A DNA stretch of 63,317 bases, filler included, from Hausera hauseri (Eukaryota): the NCBI GenBank assembly GCA_046269625.1. It is 11 parts of 11 records of this genome, joined end to end, with 100 filler letters (N's around TTAATTAATTAA, not from the genome) between each part and the next. Parts side by side here need not be neighbours in the genome. Positions count along the whole stretch, not along the records: positions 35,606 to 39,943 come from JBJURY010629219.1; positions 40,044 to 46,563 come from JBJURY010091654.1; positions 46,664 to 51,533 come from JBJURY010409033.1; 8 more parts are not named here. The stretch is one strand, 5' to 3'. The notes beneath the pieces are model-generated. The model searched no databases, was not told the origin of the DNA, and saw only the letters and a program-made list of their open reading frames with translations. The translations under genes were made by a program, and so were the position numbers. Below, in pieces: positions 39,631 to 50,145 of this stretch (positions are counted from its first letter, which is position 1; every line of letters starts with the position of its first letter).

Positions 39631-40825
39631 AAAAATATATTGAAAACGTCTAGTGACTGCTACTTTTATAAGTAGTACAGTACACTAAAAGGCCGAGACA
39701 AATCGGTCAAAATTAATATTGAAACAGTGACGATCTATTTTATCAGTAGTATAGCTACTGATAAAAATTAAAAAGGAGTTATACTTGACTAGAAACACCC
39801 CCAGATAAATTAGTTAAACACCCCCGGTGAAACTTTTGGTGCCCCCAGATATGTTAGAGAATGCCTACCATAAAAATATCAACACCTACAAAAACATTGA
39901 AAACTCCCACAAAAAATAAATAAAATACCCCCAGAAAGTAAAANNNNNNNNNNNNNNNNNNNNNNNNNNNNNNNNNNNNNNNNNNNNTTAATTAATTAAN
40001 NNNNNNNNNNNNNNNNNNNNNNNNNNNNNNNNNNNNNNNNNNNCAATAGATCCAGACGCTGAAGTATTGAATCAAATGCATAAATTAATCGTATTATTAA
40101 CAGAAATGGCGGAAATTGACGAAGTAGTAGCTAAACGACTAACAGATCGAATACGACTGGTAAAAGAAACCCGGTTACGCTCCGAGAAAATGCAATGCGA
40201 GCTAAACGAATTACAGAGAGAAACAGAAGTTTATAAGAATAAGTATCTTTTTACAGATTCCGAAATAAAGGACAAAACGGAATTTATACAGAGATGGCAA
40301 AGAGACAGAATTGCAGAAATAACTAGTTATCGGGAGAAAGCTTTGATACAACCAGAAGAAATGTGCCGATTAATAACATTGATACAACAAGCGTGCGGAA
40401 ATGGAGAAGGATTTAGAATATCCGTAATAAAAACACTGCAACTGCAGATAAGAGAATTACGTGAAAGAGTTCACGTCGGACATGCAGCGCTAATGAATTA
40501 CGAGTTATCTGACGCAGAAAATGAAGCCCAGTGGGACGAATATCTCCAAGGTCTAACCGAGCAAAATCAAAAAACTCGAATACAAATTTATTAGTCACCT
40601 ACTAATACACACAAGACAAAATTTGACGTGCAAATGCTACTTGATCCCACACTAGCCGAGAAGAAACTAAGCAGTATGTTGAAAATAAACATAAGCGAAG
40701 ATAAGTTAAGGAAATTGATTCCAACAGTGACTAAGTTATCCAGCGAAAACACCTCATACAGCGCCGTGCCGAAGCTCTTAATAAGAGAGTATGCTAAACT
40801 ATTAAAAAATAAACCGGAAGCAGAA

Positions 40826-41251
40826 ATCAAAGTGAAAGTATCGTCCGAAGAAGTGGATGACGAGAAATTCGAATGCACTACCTATACCACCGTTGGAGAC
40901 ATAAAACAGCGGATAATTAATAAGAATGGTAGGGAAGAAGTTAATTATCGACTCTATTTTAGAGGTAGAATACTAGATGAGTTGGAATTCTTAATAGACG
41001 TAGGGATTATACCACTCCAAGCTAATCGAATAATAGCAACAATTACTTGTGAGCAAACCAAAGATAAAGCCATAAGGAAGGCGCATACAAAACAATGTGT
41101 TGGGAAAATTATGGGAATTCAAGACGCCGCAATGCACTTTGAATACTTACAGATGGATGACAACAAACCGCAATACGATAAGAATTTAGTTCCATTAAGC
41201 GAAACTTTACCACCAGTAAAACCGAAACGACCAGTCGGAAGACCAAGAAAA
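40826..41251 (+). CDS. Ubiquitin-like domain (40826-41045) and AT-hook (41225-41251) within the retroelement ORF
   Basis: IKVKV..FEC..YTTVGDIKQRI..EEVNYRLYFRGRILDE..LIDVGI matches the ubiquitin pattern TVxxLKxxI..QRLIFxGxxLxD..LxDYxI; no terminal GG. KRPVGRPRK is an AT-hook-like motif. Confidence 0.78.
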
Positions 41252-41739
41252 ATAAAAGAAATCGAATATAACGCAGACTTGATTAGAGAATTGAGACAAT
41301 TATCGGTGCCGACCCCGAGTTCAGACAACGAAGAATTGGTTGAGCTAATGCGAGACTTAATTAGTATAGTCAATTACACCGGACTTCAAGGCGACATATT
41401 AACCGTGAAAGAAAGACTAATATATAATATAGCCCGGACGATGAAGACTCCGCGATTTAAATTATCTAAAAGTACCCTTTCTGACGAAACAGTAATTGAT
41501 AGAATTATGATAGCTAATACGACGGAAGAATTAAGGAAAGTCTTGATAACCTAGCAGTAAGCACCAACTCGCTCCGAGAAAGCGAATTTGACAAGACAAT
41601 TGGATAAGATAGAAAAGCTGCAAGAAGGGTACCCAAAGAAATAAAATGAGCTAAATTATTCGAAAAAGAGGAAGATGCAAGAGGGACTAACAAACTAGAA
41701 GACATTATGCGAAACATCTCCTTGAACAAGGAAAACGGA

Positions 41740-43530
41740 TCGAATTGGTTAATCAACCTAATGACGATAATGATGTTAGTGAAGCAAATGGGAGCAGTTA
41801 CCTTATACGACTGTGATAAATTCAAGGTAGGTCAAAAATATTCCTTAATGGATTTAGAAACATGGGAAGATGCAAGACCTCACAAGCTTGAGACGATAGA
41901 AAAAGAATATATATATTAACTCAACAATGGGACTTAATTGCAATGGATGCAACGGAATGTATGATACGGAGATTTCGCAGCGTTTTTCATTGTGGTAATA
42001 TGCACGGGCATTCTTCAATTATCAGACCAACCACACCATTAATCCCAATGAATGTGGATAGACAACATTGTTTAGGAGCCCGGCCGACCGGCAAAATGGT
42101 TTGGGATGGCATGGAGTTAGAAGCCCAAAGAAAGGTCATTATAGCTTACAAAGTGGCAATCGGAAAACTAAAAGTGCACACGGGCTATTGTGTCGGAGCC
42201 GAATATGATACGGGAAAAGGAAAAGAAGGAGGAATAGTAGTTGTAGATTTTTACGAAACAGAGTTAAGATCCTTAAAGGCAATGGTTCATTGTGTTACCT
42301 AACTATTTACTGAATATCACATACAAGATGGCGCTTGTACGTTCCGAAGTTCAGTTGTTGTATGGAGTGCAACTTCATTAAAATCAGAGTTGAAATTCAA
42401 TGAGACAACTGGAAAACGCTATACAAATAAATTACACACTAATACGAGATGAAGGGAAGACGTGATAGAACATTCCACACCGACGATATTGATATCGGAC
42501 ACGCATGGGTTGAAGTTTATTAGAAAAGATATGTTAACACGTTGCGATGTAGTAATGTATGCCACAAATTATGAGGCATTTTTCGTAGCAGAAACTGAAA
42601 TTAACATGAAAACGTATGATTTAAAAACGCAAGACATACGGATTGAGGATTAACTTAAAAATTGAGAGGACTATTTCTATTACAAAGGACAAACCGGAAT
42701 AGCAGAGCTATGTCACAAAATGATAACAAATTACTGCAGATTAGATACTGAAGTCATGAGAACCAAATTGGCTTTAATTTATGCCAACACAGAATTGGCA
42801 TCACCAATTATAGCAATGAAAGAAGGCGTTTTGAACGAGTTACTGGTGAAGTACTACTAACTTATAAATGCGAAAAGAAAGACGTGCCGATCAACGTAGA
42901 AGAAAAAAGATGAATGCTGGAATTACCAGTCATCTATGAAAATTTGCCTAGACTAGCGATGCCACTCACTAGAGTATTATTGGCAAACTCAATTGAACCA
43001 ACGATCCTGAAGGAATGCAAAACAAGCCTAGGTGAGCCCATGTTTCGACGTAGCAGTACGGACTGAATAAGCTTACCTAATGGAGGCGTCATCGCAGCCC
43101 CTAGCAAGCTAACTGGAACAAATTTAATTAAAGGATTATTAGAAGAAAAGTTTGGAAATACAGCCAATAAAGGAATTTATAGGCCAAAGGGCATAGAAGC
43201 CTTTAGGCAGTTCCTAGCATTTCCGCGACAGAGAACTTATGAACTGAATCGGGCTATGTCAATGGTCATGGATGACACCCGCTTTGAAGCAAAATGGGAA
43301 TCGTTACTTGGCGCTAACCATTATTAAAGAGTAACTTTTGAAATATTGTATAAGATTTGGGGAAGGTTTCTGATTTTTGGACAAGCCGCATCTGGATTTT
43401 TAGCCATTTACTTTCTAGTCCAGCTAGTTAAGGCTGTAATTTAAGCCATTATCAACGGGTATGGAATATTCACGTTAACAGGATTTTCCTGCAAAATTTT
43501 GAACGCAATTATTACGCCCTTTGGAAAAAT
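41740..43530 (+). pseudogene. Chuvirus-like (class III, gB-type) envelope glycoprotein, decayed
   Basis: Internal signal WLINLMTIMMLVKQMGA then VTLYDC; ECMIRR..FHCGNMHGHSS; GYCVGAEY; GEVLLTYKC..ELPVIYEN..PLTRVL; KGIY..FLAFP; TM block WGRFLIFGQAASGFLAIYFLVQLVKAVI*AIINGYGIFTLTGFSCKILNAI. These match the remembered chuviral G motif series in order. Confidence 0.8.
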
Positions 43531-44184
43531 GCTCAAGGCCTACAAAGAAAATCGATGGAAAAATGATGTAGAACGCCATGTCGGATATTATAATTGTAAA
43601 CGAAGAGGCAGACTCTCGATCCTCACTAAACGCAAAAATAAAAAGACAATAATACGGAAAGGTGATTCAAATGATGACGAGCCTAAGGGAGGAGAAGGGA
43701 GTTCCAGAATGAAGATGCATAAGATGTACTCAGTGATTAACGCCGCATTACCTATCATGCCGCCAACAGCACCAATATATGAAGACTGCGACCGTAAATC
43801 AATCGTATCATGTAAATCCGAAATCTATCAGAATTCCATTAGTTATGAAGACCCTTACGAAAAAACAAAACAATATGGGGTACTACGGAAAATGAATGTT
43901 ATCCACCAAGGACCAACAGAAAAAAGGATACCACGTCACATAGAATCGAAAGCAACGATGTGGGAGAACCCGAAGATGTGTTCGATCTCGAGTTCGCTAC
44001 CCAAAGAACCGCTCATTGACAGTCGCGTTACTGAGATAACGAATAACGACCTGTACCCGAACAGAGAATTAAGTCAATTAAGGCAAGATATTATTTCATC
44101 GCCAGAAATAACGATAAATGGATATAGAGTCTCTACTATAAAACGGTCAAAGATAGTGTCAAATTGCTACGGAACAGTAGCAGA

Positions 44185-45600
44185 AGGGAGACCCTTCGCT
44201 AAAATACATTGAAGATTGGGAAGTATATGCATTAATCGACACCGGATCAGCGAAGACGTTTATAAAATACGAATCGATACCAACCACACTGAGAGAGCAA
44301 TTATGCCCACCACTATCGTCAGACCCTGGAAGCGTAGGAGCATTTGGGCAAGTATCGAAGCCAAAATTTAAATGGACTCCTAACATTTATATGTTGGGCC
44401 AAGCACTTCAACATGAATTTGCGGTGATGGACCAGTTAACAGACGATGTAATACTAGGTTGTGATATATTAAAACAGATACCAGGTATGGCAATCGATGT
44501 GCATAATGGAAAATTAATTGAACTTAAACCAATAAAAGGGCCAAAGGTAATAAAGGAAAGAAAATCAGGTGAAGTATGGATCCCAGTAGATGAAGACATT
44601 TCGCCCAGAACCGAGATGATAATTTTCGCACAGATCCGTCAAGACGAGGATTTACCAGTATACTTCGAGCCTCAAAAGAGTATCGATCCAAACCTTATGT
44701 TTAGTAATATTTTGTGTAGAGTAGTGACGGGACGAATACCTATCAGATTACTGAATAATGCATCAATTTCCGTAAATTTGCACGCTAACACTACTTTAGG
44801 TCACACTTACCGAGTATCAGCAGTGTCAATAGAGGAGAAACCATACAAGTGTGCTGAATTTCCACCTCACGTGGAAACCAAATTTTCTCCTGAAGCATAT
44901 TGCAAGTTCTATGAATTATTATGTAAGTACCGTTCAGTAATCGTACAAAATGAGGAAGATATTGGCAGGGCGAAAACTCTGAGACTAACAATTCCGTTAA
45001 GAAAGAAACCCAGCTCGAATGGCAAAATCGACCAAGAAGAACAGAAAATGCCTAAATGGTAACCACCTCCTCACTCATTGAGACCGGAGATAACCAAAGA
45101 AGTAGAGCGAATGTTAAAGGCCGACATAATTCGACCAAGTTATCGATTATGGTATTCATTTATACTTATGGTTAAAAAGAAAAGAACTACAAAACATCGA
45201 TTTTGTATAGATTATCGGGCACTAAATACGTTGATGATGAAAGATTCATTTCCCTTGCCATCAGGAAAGGAAGCTCTAGATAGACTATCAGGAGCGAAAT
45301 GGTTTACCACTCTCGACTTACAATCGGGATACTGGCAAGTGGAAATTGAACAAGATCGATATAAGACAGCGTTTAAAACACACGATGGAGTATACGAATT
45401 TAACGTTATGCCTTTCGGCATCATCACAGGACCAGCCATTTTTACTAGAATGATGAATAAGATGCTCATGGGACTTGACCATGCTTTCGCGTACTTAGAC
45501 GACGTGATGATAGCATAAGAACAGAGGAAAAACACTTAAAGGATATTGAAAATACACTCATGCGATTGGAACAAGCAGGAATGAAACTAAATCCCACAGG
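44185..45600 (+). pseudogene. Retropepsin protease and Ty3/gypsy reverse transcriptase, decayed and 3' truncated
   Basis: RPFAKI/IEDWEVYALIDTGSA (DTG at 44238-44246), VILGCDIL; IIRPS..RFCIDYRALN..DSFPLP..LDLQSGYWQV..KTAF..MPFG..AYLDDV. Confidence 0.93.
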
Positions 45601-46663
45601 ACACAACAAAAGGCCGTTGAAATGGAAAAAGGATTTCTTAAAAAATAAAGCAATTTAAAAATAAAAATGCATAATGATCTGAAAGCTCCGGTTGGCGTAT
45701 TACTACCAGATATGATGTGAAGGGGCGATGGAAAACATTTCAATCGTGTTGAAGAAATTCTTAACATTGGAGTTATGGACTGAAAAGTAGAGAAACTTGT
45801 TATTTACATTAGAAAAATTCTTGATATTGGTATCATGAGCAGAAAGTAGAAAAACTCGTTACTCTCGTTAGAAAAAATTTTAAAATTGATAGTAATGAGC
45901 TGAAGAACTCCGTTAGTGATTTGCTAGCAGATATTATCTACAAAGACATGGAAAAGTTTTTATTTTTTACATTTATATGTTATAAAAATCAGGATGAGCC
46001 TGAGTTACATTAACCCACATGCAGTCATTTAAAATGCAGAAATTGTGTTAAGTATGTATGTTATAATGATGCATATTTTGGCTTTAAAAGAGACATCATG
46101 CTCTTAAATCCTTCTTCACATTCAACTCATTCAGTTGAGGTCTATTTAAAGTGGAACTGCAACGCTTTGGTCTGAATTCCTCCTTTTTGTAACTTCACAA
46201 GCCCTTCTTCACCCCTTTCCTGAGTTGTGTCAGCGCAGAAACATAGAAAACTTAGAAAAAAATAGAAAAACTGAACAAGCTGGAAAAATATGATGCCAGC
46301 AGAATATAAAGATATCTTTGCAGCACTGGTAAACACGAAATTAAACCTTTGTGCACTCCTACAGTCTCCACTTACACAACAAAATGTATTTAACAGCCCT
46401 TTAAGGCATGTGTAGTGGTTGTCATACACAGATACTTTGTAAAATCAATTTTTGTAATCATAATATTAAAAAATAATGCTTTTTTGAACCATTTATTCCA
46501 TAACTGAAAATCAAAATGACCATGCCTGGTTATTTACTACCCATACAATAACATATAGCTAATNNNNNNNNNNNNNNNNNNNNNNNNNNNNNNNNNNNNN
46601 NNNNNNNTTAATTAATTAANNNNNNNNNNNNNNNNNNNNNNNNNNNNNNNNNNNNNNNNNNNN

Positions 46664-48680
46664 GGTTTAGAACGTATCGACTATGGACTAGAATTTAGAA
46701 TAGTAGCTCTTCCTGTTAAACTTATGTTCGAAGTGACTTATAGAGAGAACCTCAACCTAAGCTTATCAATTTTAGAATTTGAACAAACTCCAACATAGGT
46801 AGAGAAGGATGAACACCATCAGTCGTATAGACTAATCTAAGATGGTCGTAGCATAAGAATCATAGCAATAAATTGTGGCAGAGGAGATGATGGATATGGA
46901 ATACCTATCGAAATATCTATTAGAGGAAGTAATGGGACTGAATTATACTCTACCATTATAAACCCTCGGAAACATGTCCAGGAATCGTATACAGAAGTGA
47001 CCGGTTAAAGAAAAGAACAACTCATAAATGGAAAAGATATCCAGCAAGTCCGTTATAAATTAGACCATTGTCTTTACGGTTGTGTGTTAGCAGGCTATAA
47101 TGTACGACAAGAAATCGAGCTATTGGGAATATCCGATGCAAATATTGCCGGACTTAGGGAAATAGCTACTCACCCAATGGTCCAAGAACGAATGGAGAGG
47201 ACCGTACAAGGAAGAAATCCACCAACCGCCCCAGAAACCTTCTTCAAGCTGATAATCGAGTCGATGAACAATGAATCAGGCAAAATTCCAAGACTTCAAA
47301 CAGCTAGCCAACGTTCCAAATATTTACAGGAAATTTACAAGTCATTAAAATGGGAACATAAATGGACTCCTAAAAACCCTACGTATAATTTACGTAGTTC
47401 CCTAAAACTCGAAACAATAAATACCGAATATAGAAAGAATATTAAACCCTACTCTCCGGTCAGAACCGTCCAGCCGACAGACAAGCATAGTTTTATGATC
47501 ACAGTACAAGAACCTATCGAAAAACAAGAAAAAAAGTCGACTTACAAATGATAGAAAAGAAAAACAAAACACTAGATAGAACATCAAAGTCTCCAGAGAA
47601 ACAAAAAAGGGAACCGAGGCCGGAATTTATGATTAAGAAACCGAAATTAGAAGAAAAGTCCCAGTCCAGGAAGACACTATCTATCTATAACTATTTATTT
47701 AAGAAGAAGAGAGAAGACGAGGAACAAAAAGTTGAGAACCAACAAAACAGGCCAAGTTCCTCACAGAAGGTAAAATCTGTAGAAAAGAAAATCAGAAATC
47801 CCATAATAACCGAAGTCAATGCCCTTTGTATTTAAGAAAATCAAGAGAATGTACATTGTAAAACAACCCAAGACTCACCCAGAATGCTGATAACTACAGA
47901 ATATTTTCGTAAGAAAATGATCAAAGAAGCCATGTTTTGCGTCAAAATTGCCCCAGCCAGAGAGGTTTTTGAGAATACCTATGTTTGGGAAAATCCTAAG
48001 CTAGGAAATTATCTCACCTCAGTTTTCCGTTCTAAGAGGACAAAAAAATAATAGTTCCAGTAGATAAGCAAATTCGGATTCTACTAAAGAAACAATACCA
48101 AAAATATCGATTAGAAGGAAAATTTTCCGATTTAGATCGAGACCTTATGGCAGATTGGACATTAATTCGGGTAAACTGTGACCCACGAAAAAGTTCCATT
48201 AACCCTAAACAGAAGGTAATTCATGGATACCTATATTAGGATGTAGATGGTCTTGTGTTCGAACCCATTGAATTAACTATTCAAGTCGACTTAGATAGAG
48301 ACGATTGGGACAAAGAAGATAATGAATGCCCTGTGTGCGATAACAGTTTGAAGCAAGGCTGTCGTCCTGGATAACAAGATTTGCCGTCATAAATACTGTC
48401 GAAACTGTCTGGAGAAGTGGACAATCGACAATGGGAAGACAACATGTCTAGTGTGTCGGGCGGAAGCCACTGAATTGAAATAATACTCCGACGGAAGCTA
48501 CACTCGAGTTGTCTGTATTAAACCCTACCATAGTTATGATTTGGAAACGAACCCCCCAAGAAGCCAAAACTAACCGGATTCCCAAACTGACCTACGAGAG
48601 AGGATGAAACGATTAAAACAACCAAGAACATTAGGCGCCACCTCCTCTGACGCAATAGGCTCCTTCGAGGATGCCGCTCA
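46664..48680 (+). mobile_element. 3' internal region of an LTR retrotransposon encoding a REX4/ISG20-like DEDDh exonuclease fold (~46856-47350) and a C3HC4 RING finger (~48327-48465), decayed
   Basis: Frame from 46664 reads RIIAINCGRG..IEISIRGSNGTELYSTIINPRKHVQESYTEVTG*RKEQLING..VLAGYNVRQEIELLGI..LREIATHP. RING reads CPVC..(frameshift)..CRHKYCRNCLEKW..TTCLVCR. Confidence 0.72.
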
Positions 48681-49430
48681 GGGAGGAGAATTGTAACTGA
48701 AATGGACTATGGCGAGTAATAGTGCAGCTTAATTTAGAAAATTACTCAGCCGATATATTTAGAATTTATTTAATTTTTTCGAAAATTTTCAATGATACCT
48801 TGAATATTGTAAATAATTCATTTCAACAGCTGTGCATTTGAAGATGACGAAATTTGCGGAAATAAAATTAATTTAAACAATCCAGATACAATGAAGAAAA
48901 ATACAAAATAAATTTAGAAAAGTTTACAAATAAATGTAACCAAAATCCGGTCAAGCTGCTATATAAGCAGATCGTGAACAGAAGCGAACAGAAAAATTAG
49001 CTGACGACCTTAAAGCCGTTCAAAACAAAGCAAATCAAATTCCTTGTATTATTGAGTTTTTCTTCGTCTGACTCAAACTATACTCTATTGTGATTGATTG
49101 GAGAATTGTGGTCGTACTACAAGAATAAAGGTTGATTATATTTGGTTCGTTTTAAAATCCCTTATATAGTTTTGCATCGTCTGTTAAAGATGATTAGACC
49201 ATCCTAAGGATAAAATAAACTTAAAATATATAGTTAAGACGAGTTTGTAAATTGAGGCAAGCATTATTGTTGCAGTCAATACAGGCATCACTACATAATA
49301 TCACTTAAAATCTTAAGGTACAAACAGACTATTCGAGAACGAATAGTCCTAACCTGTTGATTCAAAGAACAAAACTCAAAGGAAAATATTGTTATAGTGG
49401 AAGATGGTAAGGGCCACCCCAACTGTAACA
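48680..49430 (+). repeat. Polypurine tract (48680-48690) and 3' LTR (48692-49430)
   Basis: TCGAGGA..AGGGAGGAGAA-T-TGTAAC start, ..GTAACA end, internal TATATAA (~48960) and AATAAA (~49124). Confidence 0.72.
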
Positions 49431-49775
49431 CATTCACAGTTATATCACGGAATTCCGAAAACTTTCATAGGCGTTTGTATGATATCTTCCAATAAAAGGT
49501 ACACGCAAGGAAATTGTACAACTTGATGATTAACAGAGGATTCTACGACTCATTTAATAAACAATTTACACAAGGCGCAGATATCTTCCGTGATTTCGAA
49601 ACGCCACTTAACCCACAAACTAATTGTAATGACGATAATTTAGGCTCGGTAGATGAAGGTTAAAGTATATTGTCAAATAATGACATGATGGCAGCTAAAC
49701 CAAGGTGCAATGGATGTTCAGTACTCCTAGTAGTATTCAACAAGAACGATAATTAAAAACATTTGTATCAAAGAT

Positions 49776-50145
49776 ATGTTTCGTTCAGAACGTCCTTCGA
49801 CATCAACTACCGATGTAGACGTAAAAAAGCGTCTTACAATCTTGAGGGAGATGGCTAATGATGTCAATATTTTTTATGAAACAGCTCAACGCATTGTATG
49901 GGATATTTTTGACATGACACGTGTTGCAGCGCGACTTGTTCCAAAAGGTCTGAATTTCCTTCAACAAAATCGTCGAAAAGCAGTCTCTGAAGAGATGATT
50001 TCCGAGGCAAATAATGATTTAACCATAATGAAACGCATAATTACTGGAGATGCGACATGGGTTTACTAATACGACATCAAACGCGTGTAGCAATCATCCG
50101 AATTGCGTTTCAAAAATGAGACGAAACCGAAAAAAGCTAGCCGAA
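49776..50145 (+). mobile_element. Mariner (Mos1-like) transposase fragment
   Basis: LREMA..RVAARLVPK..KRIITGDATWVY*YD..QSS..PKK (cf. WVPxxL and ITGDETW). Confidence 0.85.

Larger units (their letters stand above)
40044..45600 (+). mobile_element. Decayed Ty3/gypsy (Metaviridae-like) element with polyprotein order coiled-coil - Ubl - AT-hook - viral glycoprotein - protease - RT
   Basis: All domains lie on the A-rich + strand with continuous coding character, broken by stops and frameshifts. See the component features. Confidence 0.85.

Noticed and set aside
40044-49430. Treating contigs 8 and 9 as one continuous giant retroelement
   Set aside because: They are separated by unrelated sequence (45600-46563) and a synthetic spacer; any relationship is hypothetical.
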